Shown here piece after piece: positions 28,901 to 45,757 of a stretch of DNA of 64,000 nucleotides. Position numbers and translations under genes: made by a program. The stretch is taken from contig OZ024745.1 of assembly GCA_964016885.1 (NCBI GenBank), forward strand, positions 87,978,001 to 88,042,000, read 5' to 3'. This DNA comes from Eledone cirrhosa (taxonomy: Eukaryota). Under the pieces are notes generated by a model. It saw only the letters and a program-made list of their open reading frames with translations. It had not been told where the DNA came from and ran no database searches. Within the stretch, counting starts at the first letter, position 1, and each line of letters opens with the position of its first letter.

Positions 28901-29235
28901 AGTAGGAGTATTCCGGTTATGGGAGGTCTCCAGCTCCTAAGTGATGGGAAGGTTTGAACCATTAGCTGATTTTTCTACCCCAGTCTGGTTCCTCTCTGAG
29001 GAACGCGGCCCTTTTTGACCCGGGTGACGGCCGATCCGGTATGAGATTTTATCTTTTGACATTTACTTTATTTTGTCGCGATTTATCCTTAACCGCCAAG
29101 GGGTAATCATTTCGTGTTACCACTTCTAGGACGAGTGTCAACCAAGACTAGAGGGGTCTTCCTCCCCTAGAGACACGGCTATTCCCCGCCGGCCGCCATC
29201 CCGGTATTTCTTGGTCACGTGGTTTTCTTTTTTGT
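25968..29235 (-). mobile_element. R4/Dong-type non-LTR retrotransposon, decayed, 3' RLE part missing
   Basis: EQKGC..GSYGCKD.LL, WIDYKKAFDSLPHSWI, GIFQSDSLSPLLF, HLFYMDDMKL, GGRGL; abuts (TAA)n; 5' UTR extends to ~29235. Confidence 0.88.
25970..27549 (-). CDS. Reverse transcriptase of R4/Dong-type LINE (fragment; ORF reads through into microsatellite)
   Basis: 610-aa ORF with YMDD; the tail after SCN(N)n is spurious. Confidence 0.85.
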
Positions 29236-29719
29236 TGTTTTTTAAATTGTTATTATCATGAGTGATTCCTTAATGTGAGCATTGCGTGGTTTAAGAATGA
29301 AATTATTAATATTATAACATACTTTTTGCTGAAGTTGCCTCTTATTGTTGTTGGCTATGTCGGTGGTGGTGCTGGGGTCTTTTCTATTGTTGGTGGGGGA
29401 AGGGGGAGCCAGCAGTGTCATAGTCGTTGACGTTTGACCGAGTCACTAAGTCAATTTATTTATATCTTTTGCTAGCCTCTCCCTTGTCTAGTGATACCGC
29501 CACCTTCCCCTTTCTTAAGTTAACAGAAGGTAATGGGGGAATGGTGGTGGTAGCAATGAAGGAGTGGTGGCGGCGGTGATGGGATAGTGGTAGCAATGAT
29601 GGATGAAGTGGTGGCGGCGGTGACTATAGTAATGGCGTTGTTGTTACTGAGTTTTGTTGAATAGACTGTAGTAGCATGCGTTTGTTTGATCTGTGTATCT
29701 ATTACCCCGATATCATAGA

Positions 29720-32700
29720 CATCTAGGAAGGACTCCAACTACCTATAAGTGTAGAGTGAAGACGGCCAAAATGTTATTTCTGTGGGTCGAAGGGTCACCT
29801 CAGGTCCTTTTTCCCGCAGAAGACAGCGAAGAAGGCCCCTCTCCTTCCAACACCCGGTCCGCTGCTACCAAGAGCAGGGCAGGCAACAAGCGAAGAAGCC
29901 CCTTCCACAATGAGTAGGAGGCTACGATGTATACGAATCTCGCAGCCGTCCAGGATCGGGGGGAAGGGTTGCCGTCCTTTTTCAGAGAGGCAGGCTTGGA
30001 TCTCGTGATACGGGCCATTTTCCTAGACGCAGAAGTAAGTCGGTGGTGCTGGAGTGATCGGCAGCGAAGGCAATGCTTTCAGGCTAGTAGCCGTCTACGC
30101 CCCAACAGGGGCAGGACGGCCAGATGTTTTCAGACGTCTAGAGACCTTTCTTGGAACGTCCCGCTCTTTAGTGTTAGTGGGCGACTGCAACGGTATCTTG
30201 GATGCACGCTGGGATCGTGTGGGGCTAGTGGATAGGGGAGGAGGGTGAAAGAGCCTCAACAACCTGCTCAGACGTTTTGAACTGTCTGACAGGTATCGAC
30301 TGGATCACCCGAATGTGCCAATGTGGACATGGACAAACCGCATCGGGTCATACAGATCGTATCTCGATAGGGTATTCTGCAGAGAACTAGATAAGGCTAG
30401 TATAAGTTGTCCACACTTTAAAATAGTCGACTACACAGACCACAAATTTGTGATCTGTGAGATCGACATAGACAGACTTCATAGACAAGGGCCTGGTTAC
30501 TGGAAGCTGAACGCGTCTTTCCCGGCGCGCATAGCCTACAGAGACCGGATTAGCGTATTAGTTAAGCGGGCGTTGACGGGAGCCATCGTCAACAACAGGT
30601 GGTGGTTCGCCCTGAAAAGGGCAATTAAAGTAGACTCGATTAGGTTTAGCAAAGGAGTAGTGATAGAGGAAAATAGAGTAGAGGGAGAGCTAGTCAGAAA
30701 GCTAGAAGAGGCGTTTAGGACAGGCATCGCAACCGACGTTCTTGCAGCGAGATTGGCTCTCGACAAATTCTTCAACACAAAACACGAAGGCTGCGTTGTC
30801 AGAGCAAGAGCGCGTGCTCTGAAACACGAGCGGACAAAAGCCGTCCAATGGGCCCAGGTGGCAGAGGCGCGACGTGGCAACAAAGCCTCAATTCGGTCTT
30901 TGTCTGACCAAAACGGGTGTGCATGCTCGAACCCGAGCGGATGTGTGAAGCTTTTCAGCAGCACTTTGCTGAACTGTTCGGGAGCGGCGGCGGCCCGGGT
31001 CGGGGCATGGACTCCAATACATACCTCGACGGACTGCCTCGGCTCTCGACGACCGCAGCACAGTGTTGCGAAAAGCCAATAACAGCCGGTGAAAAACGGG
31101 AAGCGATGGCTAACTGCACAAGGGGTAAATCGCCAGGTTTGGATGGTCTGCCCTACGAGCTTTACGCATTTATGCCAGACTTGTTCGGTGACCTCTTGGC
31201 AGACGTCAACTGCAACTGCCAGCAGAACGGGAGCATTCCAAGTTTTGTGAACCGGGGAGTAGTGGCGCTGCTGCGAAAAGACCCGAACAAGGGGGATGTT
31301 ATCGATAATTTCAGGCCCATAACCCTGCTGAAAGTAGAGTTTAAGATTTTGGCCAAGGTGTTAGCAACGAGGTTGGCGCTTGTCGTCAAGGGTGTCGTGG
31401 GAGAGGCGCATACATGCGCCATTCCGGACAGATCCATACACGACAACCTCCACCTCATGCGAAACATCATAGAGAGGGTGGTTAAGGAACCTGGCACGGG
31501 TGGGGATCTGAACAACTTGGATCAATCCAAAAAATTCGATAGGGTCGACATCTGCTCAGTTGTGAGGGTGAAAGGTCACCTGTCGCAGCCGTTCAACATC
31601 ATGTTCTCAGTCCACCAGGGTTGTCCCCTCTCGTCCCTCTTGTACGTATTGGCTCTCTAGTCGTTACTGCACAAACTGGGGACGATGAGGGGCGTCCCAC
31701 GCGAACTAGGATGCGGGAAATTCCGAGTCGGCTTAGGCTGACGATGTCAACGTGGTGGTGTCGAGCACCAGACACGTCCAGATGCTCGCATCGCTCTCAA
31801 GGAATACGAAGCGGTGACAGGAGCAAAGATAAACCAGGAAAAGTCGGTGGGCTTGCAGCTCGGCACCTGGAGAGGCAAGTCCATGCCGCCCGACAGCGTC
31901 GTGGGTCGTTGGACGGATGTACCGGTTAAATTGCTCAGGGTCTGTGTCGGACCGGACCTCCAGATGGAGAAAATCTGGAACGAGGTGACGAGCAGGGTTG
32001 CCTCCCTCACTCAGAAATGAGCCGAGAGGAAGCTGTCCCTGAAAGGCCGGGAGGAGGTGGCGAATGCGTACATCGCATCCGTCATCTGTAACCGCCTCAC
32101 CGTCGTCCCTTGCTCCAGCCCAACTCTCACCAAAATGGAGCGCCTCCTCTTCCGCTTTTTGTGGAAGGGACGCGCTCCCATGGTCAGACGATCCATCTGC
32201 TGTCAACACCCGTTGTGTGGAGGACTGGGCATGCCATGGCTGATGATGCGCAAACATACGCTGAGGCTGCGACATCTCTGGTGCTTCCTTGATGGTGAAT
32301 AGGTGTGGTCGCCGTTCGCCAGGCACGTTTTCCCACAGCTCGTCTCCTTGACGGAGATGCAGTCCTGGGTCAGAAAAAGACCGAGGGATAGCGCTTGGAA
32401 ACTGGAACGTCTCCAGGCGCTTACTGCCCTCTGCCAGCTGGGCACCAGTATCGGTGGAACATCCACCTCGGCGTTCTATAGAAGACTAGTGGAGGGGAAG
32501 AGCGACGACATTCTCGGAGAGATGCTGGGCGTCGAAGAAGATCAGCTGTTTGCTCTCTTCCGGAGAACTTTCGGCCCGGGGCCTATGGATGACTTCCAAA
32601 AATTCCTGGCCTGGCAGTGCTACCGGGGCGCGCTGCCGGTTCGAGATAAGCTCTACAGGCACGGAAGTGCCGTCAGCCGAGCCTGTCCGAGATGCGCGCA

Positions 32701-33383
32701 GAGCGACGAAACCGTCGTGCACGCACTCGTGCAGTGCCTGAGCATTCCTGACATGTGGAGCTATGTCGAACAGTTGCTGTCGCGTGTAGGACTGATCCGG
32801 TTGTCGACTGAGTCCATTGTGCAGATGGTCTCGCCGTCTTCCTTCGAGGAAGAAGGGCAGGCGGTTTTCATCTGCCTGGTATCCATGGCGAAAGAGATTG
32901 TGTGGTGGACAAGGTTAAAAGGTTTAAAGACAGACACTTTCCTCTTCAGCGAATCCCTAATTAACCTTTTCAAGTTTCACTTGAAGAGGAAAATCAGGGT
33001 GGAGAGGTAAGTGCTGCCTTCTAGCAAGTTCGTTGAAAGACGCGTGAATGTAGCGAGAATGGTCCGAGTATACGTCTGTAGTTTGAGAGATGGAAACATT
33101 GAGAGAGGGCGCTTGCCCTGGTGGTCAGGGTGGCCGTGGTCTTTTGTGTGTTTTCGGCACGAGTAACCCTCGGACGTTTCCCCCCTATTGGGGAATTTTT
33201 CATTGTTTCAATTTTCATTTTTATTGTTTATATATATATATGTTTCTATGTCCTTTTTTTCTTCTTTTCTTATATAAATAATAAAAATATTTACACGCAA
33301 AAACCCACAACGAACCGTCCTGTGCCGTCCTGTGCCGTCTGTAATGTTTTTCTTGATATCAGCCCTTGTGGCCAATAAATAAA

Positions 33384-33385
<2 letters not shown>
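29720..33385 (+). mobile_element. Tx1/L1-clade LINE ORF2 (APE endonuclease, RT, zf-RVT), frameshifted, with (ATT)n tail
   Basis: LVAVYAP, LVGDCN, SYLDRVF, TDHK, GPGYWKLN, KSPGLDGLPYE, NFRPITLL, QGCPLS, CPRCAQSDETVVHALVQC. Confidence 0.92.
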
Positions 33386-33458
<73 letters not shown>

Positions 33459-33560
33459 TTTGAGTCTCAGTCAATGATGTTAGTTAACTGGAAAGTTTGT
33501 TGAATGAATATCAAGCCACTACCTGCAGCCTCAGATATTTAGGACGTATCGGAGGGTTCT

Positions 33561-33657
<97 letters not shown>

Positions 33658-33659
33658 GA

Positions 33660-35970
33660 GCATTTATCGTAATAAATTAATATTTATTATATTATATAAA
33701 ATCACTATATTAGTTCTACCTTTATGGGAAGAATGAACTCTAAATAATGATTATATTATTGTACAATATATTTATATTTTCACAAACTATATATAGCGTT
33801 ATACCGAAACAATAGTTATGATTAAGTTATACATTATGAATATAGATGCAAAAGAAAACCAAATGCAGAGATATACTAATAATATGATTATGTTATTATA
33901 CAATATACACTTATTTGCAAAAAATTAGATATAGAGAGATATACTAAGTATTAATGAGACAGTATACATTTGGTAAATGATAACGATTATAATCTTATAT
34001 AATAGATTCAAACATGCATAAGTTAAATACATACATATATATAAAAGAGTGTAAACGCATGAATGATTCACAGTTCAAAATAAGGTCCGCAAAAATTTAC
34101 AGGTTGGATATTTGAACTATATTTAAAACATAGATACAAAAATAAAGATAGAGAAATAATGGTATGGATCAAAATTAGTAATATTATGTTATGTATATCA
34201 ACGTGTCAGCATGTTATTAAACAAGTGTCATTCATTCAAACGTTATTTCCTTTATAGATAGTAATAAGATAAAGCAATATTAAAGGCCATTAAGGTTTTC
34301 AACTGTTGATTATGTACGTCTAAAAGCCAAGTTTGGTTGGTTACTGTTTTTTCCTGGTCTTATGGGAGGCTTGGCATGTAGACAAGGCTTTATGAAGGCA
34401 GTTAGAGAATAATTCACTTTTTTGTTAATTAAGGTATCATAATTATTAATAATCTAAAGGGTCTCCATTGTACAAAGCGCGCAGTTACTTGATATACTTG
34501 AGTTGCGGTAAACTCCACTGTTCCGAAGTCTCGTCCAAAAAATGGAGTATTTTAAATTCTTCTCTTTTAATGACCATATAAACTGTGATAAAGAAGTGGA
34601 TGATTTCCTCTTGGAGTTCGAAAATGAGCATTTATGATTCGCAAATCTGGCTTTAAATGTAGAAGAAGTCGATCCTATCTAGTTGTATGTGTTGTAATCA
34701 GTTTTAACGGTGAATTTATACACCAAATTACTATCCAAACAATTATTTTGCAGAGGGCAATCAATTTTATTTCTACAATTACATTTTGGTTTATTATCAT
34801 TTATGTTAACACATAGATCATTATGCTGACTCTGCTTTAGAATTTTACTGTTTAATTTAGCAATGTTTTGGGCCATATTCATAGTTGTAGAATAAGACAA
34901 TTTAATAGTGTGTCTATTAAAATTGAATGGTATTTATGTTGAGTAGGGAAAGAGGTGGCCAAAGCATTAAAGAATAATTTTGCAATTGGTGTTCTAACTG
35001 CTACCGAAGCAGGGGGGGGGACCATATGACTGATTTAGATCTAGTTCTTTTCCTCAATTTGTTTGGAGTATGGGTGTTTGAATTATAATTATTAGAGTTT
35101 CGTTTATATATGACATTATTTTTATCAGGATTAAAACTTGGATTATTATTATCTACGTATTCTATATTATTCTCATATCCTTCCCTTTTTAACGCATTAT
35201 TGTTGTATGCTGCATTATCATCAAATATTGATTTATTGGCTGATATTCTATTAATGCGTTTTTGTACATTATTTACTATAGCTTGTTTTACAGATTTAGG
35301 GTGATTGGAATGGTTACTAACATAGTTTAAGTTTTCATTGGGCTTATGAAAAGGGTAATAAAAGCCATAGTTTAAGTTAAACGTAACGTCTAGGAAATTA
35401 ACTATTTTGGTACCATTTTCTACTACTAACTTAAGGTCATACATTTTAAAGAATTCTATTATACTTTTCTTTACTCTATTTAGTTCAATAATGATGTGTT
35501 TGACCACCGTACATAAAATGTCGTCCCTATATAAACCACGGGTAATCTCCGGCAGTTTTCTATTTATATTTAATATGAAAATTCCCAGAATGTCTGTGAT
35601 TTGCGCAGAATCAGATGCCCCCATAGTAATATCAAAGTTTCTATTTCTATCTGAGCGAGTCCAATACGCATTGTTGAAGTTAATAAGAGTTATTCTGGCT
35701 GTTAGTATGATATCAATTTCATCAGTGGTTAGATCAGTGTGCTTATAAGCGTAAGATAGAGCCTTATTTAGTAGGTTAGGTGCTTTGGAAGAATAGTAGT
35801 TTGTTATGTCCATCTGGATGAATTTATGGTTTTTCTCATCATCTATATTCTTGTACCATTCTATGACTTCATTTGTATCTTTCCACAAGCTCAAATTAGA
35901 TCTAATTTAAGAGCGGGTAAGATTCTATCGATGATGTTTTTACTGATTAGTCCAATATCCGATTTGGTAT
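33660..35970 (-). mobile_element. Hydra-clade-like PLE, frameshifted
   Basis: DITNYYSS, ITMGASDSAQITD, GLYRDD, VNFLDVTFNL, SNHP, CNCRNKIDCPLQNNCL..LVYK. Confidence 0.9.
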
Positions 35971-35984
35971 GTCATGTATCATTA

Positions 35985-36036
35985 TATTTTGTCTGATGAG
36001 GTCGTACTGTTGTACCTCTGAAATATGTATAATAAC
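35985..36036 (+). ncRNA. Hammerhead-like motif in a putative inverted pseudo-LTR
   Basis: TGT-CTGATGA-GGT...ACC-TCT-GAAA-TATGTA-TA-ATAACA; opposite orientation to the PLE, at its 5' junction. Confidence 0.45.
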
Positions 36037-36078
36037 ATTTAGTTGATCAAAAAGAGATCTATCTTATTAATATTTGTA

Positions 36079-36136
<58 letters not shown>

Positions 36137-36195
36137 TAGAGATAGAGAGAGAGATATTATATATATTATATATATGTTATATATATATATATTAT

Positions 36196-38072
36196 ATTTA
36201 TTAAAATAACAGATTAAAGTTTAGAATCGCTGATTTCACCCATAACGGGATCTTCTGAAACTGATATATATATTTATCCTTAACGCGAATAGGCCTAGAA
36301 GAAATAGATCCCGACGCATTATATGGTATAACCCACCATATAATATGGAGTGGGCCACACCATTAGCTAAGATCTTTCTCTCGCTTAAATATAGTAAAAT
36401 TTTTAATAGAAATACTATTAAAATTTCTTACTCTACGACTCCTAACCTTGCACATAACATCACAGCTTCAGATTTAGCTAAACTACCTAGCCGTAGGAAC
36501 ACGTGCAACCCTGTTGTTAGTACTAACTGTAATTGTAGAAATCGGGTTGACTGCCCCCTATCCGGGAAATGCCTCTCTAGTAGCATTGTCTACAAATGTA
36601 AGGTTGAAACACCCATGTCTCGTAGGGCCCACATAGGGTTAACCGCCAATATATTCAAGCAACATCTTTACATGCATACCCATTCTTTTCGTTACACTTT
36701 AAGAAGGAATATGACGTCTCTTTCAGCTTATATCTGGAGTCTAAAAGAGAACCATACCCAATATAAGTTACACTGGGAGATCCTAGCTAGGGCTAGATTG
36801 TATAACGGAAATAAAAGACCATGTGACCTCTGCGCCGCTGAGGCTCTGGAAATACACTACGCCAAAGACCACATCTTAAACAAAAAATCTGAGGCAATTT
36901 CGGCTTGTAAACATAAATTGCACAAAACTTTCCTGTATTGCAGCCCCACATTATACCCTAACGGATAGTACGACTATACGCGGATATTTTACGTCTTGAT
37001 GTGGTAGCTAAGTATATGTTATGTATATACCATTACTTATTTGTATAGTGAAGTATATTTTACCTGTATGTTTTGTGAAGGTACGTATAATTCCTCGTAC
37101 GTATATTTGATTGTATTTGTTTTGGCGTATATATAATATATTCTGGTACATATGCTTTTGGTTATGTGTATACGTGAGTTTTGCGTTTGTGTGAGTATGC
37201 AGGTTCGTACGTATGTAGGGTGTGTGTATATATGTACTTCGTGTTTTGGTTGACGTAGTCTCCGAACATATGTGTATTTACATGTAGGTATGTGTGTGCG
37301 CTTGTTATATACGTATTTATTTATTTATATACGTTTATTTAATTATATGTATACACGCACACACACACACATATATATGTATATTAATATGTATATTTCT
37401 ATATATAATTTTATGTGTATTTGGTGTATACATTCGTATGCTTGCGGGTAAAAACGTTGCGTGGGTTCTGTATGTGCGGGTTTTTTTTTGTGTACGTGCG
37501 TGTATTTGTATACCTATGGCGAGTGTTTTTGCGTATGCTTGTGTATTTACGTATATGGATACTTGTGTATGTATTTATTTATTTTCGATTACCTCTGTAT
37601 TTTATTTACTTTATTCTTAACTCTGAAGCCGCGAATCATTAAGTTTCCTAGTTAGAATTTTAGTCTACGACTTCAGCTATACCATTTACGTGGTTTTGTC
37701 TTTGCGTGCAATTGTACTCCGCGCTCCACATATGACGTATTATTTTCGTTTTTCCCGTTCATTGCCAGAGAACGTCTCTATGAACCACCTAAGAGAACAT
37801 TAGTCTACGACTTCTTTTATACCATAAACGTGGTTTTGTCTTTGCGTGTAATTGTTTTTCACCGCTCCAAATAATGACGTGTTATATTCGTTTTTTCCCG
37901 TTCATTGCCAGGGAACGTTTCCACGAACCAAAGTATCGTCTTCCAGTCTTCCTCCGGTTGCAACGTTTTTTGAAATATTCACTTTCGCGTTCACAGATTG
38001 ATTTTGTTAGTTTCAGAAGATCCCGTTAAGCGTGAAAGCAGCGATTCTTTGGTTAAACTATAATCTGTTATA

Positions 38073-38078
<6 letters not shown>
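36196..38078 (+). mobile_element. Hydra-clade-like PLE 3' portion with short inverted 3'-end copy (36196-36263) at the 5' side
   Basis: IWYNPPY, ISYSTTPNL, NCNCRNRVDCPLSGKCL..IVYKC..HIGLT; 3' UTR with ~135-bp internal duplication; (TA)n on both sides. Confidence 0.92.
36345..36968 (+). CDS. PLE linker plus GIY-YIG endonuclease (fragment)
   Basis: CxCx5Cx5C motif followed by IVY...HIG...FKQHLYMH...CDLCAAE. Confidence 0.85.
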   Translation: MEWATPLAKIFLSLKYSKIFNRNTIKISYSTTPNLAHNITASDLAKLPSRRNTCNPVVSTNCNCRNRVDCPLSGKCLSSSIVYKCKVETPMSRRAHIGLTANIFKQHLYMHTHSFRYTLRRNMTSLSAYIWSLKENHTQYKLHWEILARARLYNGNKRPCDLCAAEALEIHYAKDHILNKKSEAISACKHKLHKTFLYCSPTLYPNG

Positions 38079-38151
<73 letters not shown>

Positions 38152-38152
<1 letters not shown>

Positions 38153-39540
38153 TTAGGATTCCTGCAGCTGCGCCTCGTTGAGGACCCGGACGCGTTCTCC
38201 CTTAGAAGCCAAATGCAGTGCCTTCTTCTCCCTCGTCCGGTCGATGACGATCCTCGCCCTCACCAGACGATTATCACTGTTAGTGTTGAATGGCGTTATG
38301 ACGGAAACGCCCTGCAGTATTCGTCGCTTGTCGACCAAGATGTAGTCAATCTCGTTTCGGTACCCAGGTCCATCTCTTCTCCTTCTTCCTGAATAGGCTG
38401 TTTCCGATGTAGAGTCGTCTCGCCTCCGCCATGGTGACCAGATGCTCTCCTCTCTCATTTCGCTCTCCTAGGCCGAATCTTCCGACATACTCTTCCCCTT
38501 GCCGTCCCTGTCCCACCTTTGCGTTGAAGTCTCCCATCACGACGGTGTAAGTGGACTTCACAGCTAGCACTTGGTCTAGCTGGCGATAGAATTCTTCTAC
38601 CTCATCATCGTCGCTGGCACTTGTCGGAGTGTAGGTCTGGACGATCTTGAGGGTGGCTTTCCCTGAGAGGTTCACGTTCAGTACACCAATCCGTGACGAT
38701 ATGAACTGGCAGGAAGCGACCTTCGAAGCCCATTCCTTGCTTATGCAGAAAATGTGGCGTCAAGGAGACGGCATAGACGCTGACTACGACTCACTGATAG
38801 GGAAACTGTAGGAGTGCTTGAGGAAGGCTAAGGGTGTGTGCCCGAGGGAGCGGAAGGGAAGAGTCTCGGAGGAAACTATGAAGTTGCTTGAGAAGAGGAA
38901 GAATATGAAGGGGACACCTAAAGATCACCTCGAATATTCCCTTCTCAGCAGAGTGATACGTCAACAACTAAAGAGAGACTGCGAGGCATACCGGATGGAG
39001 AAGCTCCTGAAGGCCGCAAAGGAAAAGAAGAGCCTCAGGAAATGCGAGAGGGACATGACAATGTACAGATCGGAGGTGACGACCCTGAAAAACACAGTTG
39101 GAGTACCGGTCAGCGACAAGAGTGAGGTGGAAAATGTTGCGAAGACTTCTACACCAAGCTCTTCAAGTCTGTCCGGAATGTGCAACCGTGCCGTCACTCC
39201 AACAGGAAGAAAATGTGCCACCCATCCTTGTCGGTGAGGTCGAAAGAGCCGTCGGCTTGATGAAAAGCGGAAAGGCGCCAGGGAAAGATGGCATAACATC
39301 GGAGGTGTTGAAGTCAGGCGGAGATCAGCTCTGGAAAATCCTCGCCGAACGATTCACACACTATCTGGACGAGAGAAGAATACCCTCGCAGTGGAAAGAG
39401 TCGAATACCATCCTACTATACAAGAAGGGTGATAGAGAAGATCTGAAGAACTACCGACCCATATGTCTGCTGACTCACGTGTACAAGCTGTTCACGAAGA
39501 TAATTCTGAACAGGTTATCACGTCATCTGGACGAACAGCA
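38152..39540. mobile_element. RTE-type LINE fragment with internal inversion (APE on minus 38152-38750, RT N-terminus on plus 38751-39540)
   Basis: IVQTYTPTS, MGDFNAKVG, NEIDYIL on minus; GKAPGKDGI, KKGDREDLKNYRPICLL on plus. Confidence 0.88.
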
Positions 39541-39890
39541 ATAAGGTGAGTATATACGTTCAACAATCTGGCAGGAAGGTATACGTTGCTGACGATAGCT
39601 AATAAGCTTGAAACTAGTACAGCGTTCCTTTGTCAGTGTTGAACAAACGAACAACGATGGTTGCTAGACACTACGGCTTAATACGGGATGTTTGTTTACA
39701 AACACACCGAGCATTATAATAAATGTTCGGTGAATCCATACGTACATATATATATGTGTGCATGTATGTATATATATATACATACTACTGTACGTCTGTA
39801 TACATATATGTATGTACGTGTACATACTTATATTTAAGTAACAGCCGTACTAAGAGTGGGAAATGAAATTTCGTTTCATTTTTTCCGTTT
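39541..39890 (+). mobile_element. Partial copy of the 421-bp hammerhead (retrozyme-like) monomer
   Basis: Near-identical to 47792-48112 and 48182-48466; hammerhead at 39583-39625. Confidence 0.85.
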
Positions 39891-39947
39891 ATATATATAT
39901 ATGTATATATATAGTGTAAATGATTCTGGTATATATATATATATATT

Positions 39948-43327
<3,380 letters not shown>

Positions 43328-43350
43328 TGTATATATATATATATATATAT

Positions 43351-44947
43351 ATGTAATAAAATGAGACCCTCATCAGTGATTTGCCGAAGATCATAGATAT
43401 TTCATTGCATTAAAAATCATATACCTCACTTCGGTGCAATAATAACCAAAATAAGTTATTAGGACAATTAAAACGCGTAAAGCGAGTGAGACAGGAGAGC
43501 AACATAGTAAGGCTAACCAGGGGAAAGAAACAAGCTTCAAAAATTATTCTGTTTAGCATAAGCTAGGTGAATATATGAGCGCTTTTAGAACAGACAATAC
43601 AGAAGCGAAGGCTATGAGCGGAGAGAAGAAAATAGCTCTCGTGGTGTACAGGATGAAATGAAGAGAAGAGAGAGAAACAGTGAGTGAGTGAAAATGTGAG
43701 GAAGAGTTAACTGACATGACAGAGGGGGAGAAACAGAGAGAATAGGGGAACAGTAAGAGAGAGAGAGAAAAAAACACAGAATCGCAGTGGTAAATATATG
43801 TAATAAAATATAGAGAAAAATACTGCAGGTAGCACATGGATAACATGTAATAAAATGAGTCCCTCATCAGTGATTTGCCGAAGATCATAGATATTTCATT
43901 GCATTAAAAATCATATACCTCATTTCGGTGCAATAATAACCAAAATAAGTTATTAGGACAATTAAAACGCGTAAAGCGAGTGAGACAGGAGAACAACATA
44001 GTAAGGCTAACCAGGGGAAAGAAACAAGCTTCAAAAATTATTCTGTTTAGCATAAGCTAGGTGAATATATGAGCGCTTTTAGAACAGACAATACACGAGC
44101 GAAGGCTATGAGCGGAGAGAGAAAAAAATAGCTCTCATGGTGTACAGGATGAAATGAAGAGAAGAGAGAGAAACAGTGAGTGAGTGAAAGTGTGAGAAAG
44201 AGTTAATTGACATGACAGAGGGGGAGAAACAGAGAGAATGGGGGAACAGTAAGAGAGAGAGAAAAAAACTATGTTGTTCTCCTGTCTCACTCGCTTTACG
44301 CGTTTTAATTGTCCTAATAACTTATTTTGGTTATTATTGCACCGAAGTGATGTATATGATTTTTAATGCAATGAAATATCTATGATCTTCGGCAAATCAC
44401 TGATGAGGGACTCATTTTATTACATGTTATCCATGTGCTACCTGCAGTATTTTTCTCTATATTTTATTACATATATTTACCACTGCGATTCTGTGTTTTT
44501 TTCTCTCTCTCTTACTGTTCCCCCATTCTCTCTGTTTCTCCCCCTCTGTCATGTCAGTTAACTCTTCCTCACACTTTCACTCACTCACTGTTTCTCTCTC
44601 TTCTCTTCATTTCACCACGAGAGCTATTTTTCTCTCTCCGCTCATAGCCTTCGCTCGTGTATTGTCTGTTCTAAAAGCGCTCATATATTCACCTAGCTTA
44701 TGCTAAACAGAATAATTTTTGAAGCTTGTTTCTTTCCCCTGGTTAGCCTTACTATGTTGTTCTCCTGTCTCACTCGCTTTACGCGTTTTAATTGTCCTAA
44801 TAACTTATTTTGGTTATTATTGCACCGAAGTGAGGTATATGATTTTTAATGCAATGAAATATCTATGATCTTCGGCAAATCACTGATGAGGGACTCATTT
44901 TATTACATGTTATCCATGTGCTACCTGCAGTATTTTTCTCTATATTT

Positions 44948-44950
<3 letters not shown>
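43351..44950. repeat. ~490-bp monomer in tandem and inverted array, flanked by (TA)n
   Basis: Units start at 43351 and 43845 (494 bp); inversion at 44268; inverted units start at 44268 and 44751. Confidence 0.92.
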
Positions 44951-45033
<83 letters not shown>

Positions 45034-45041
<8 letters not shown>

Positions 45042-45205
45042 ATACTTCGGGAGGGTCATGTTGCCAATAAGAAACACACGAACCAGTTGCTTTCACTACG
45101 ATTTATTATAATAAATTTATAAATTTTTTATAATAAATTGAAGTGAAAGCAATAGGTGCGTGTGTTTCTTATTGGCAACATGACCCTCCCAAAGTATAAC
45201 AATAT
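45034..45205. repeat. ~170-bp palindrome
   Basis: ATTGTTATACTTCGGGAGGGTCATGTTGCCAATAAGAAACACACG ... CGTGTGTTTCTTATTGGCAACATGACCCTCCCAAAGTATAACAAT. Confidence 0.92.
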
Positions 45206-45271
45206 CGGTTTCAACACACGTTTTCAGATAAAGAATCTTGCTAAACAAATTCATAATCGAAATATATATAT

Positions 45272-45757
<486 letters not shown>

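Noticed and set aside
34380-36968. Selenocysteine-coding Naiad PLE
   Set aside because: The endonuclease is C-terminal, conserved cysteines are ordinary codons, and no convincing SECIS was seen.
43351-44950. CRISPR-like or satellite interpretation of the repeats
   Set aside because: Units are ~490 bp without unique spacers, the context is eukaryotic and there are no cas genes.
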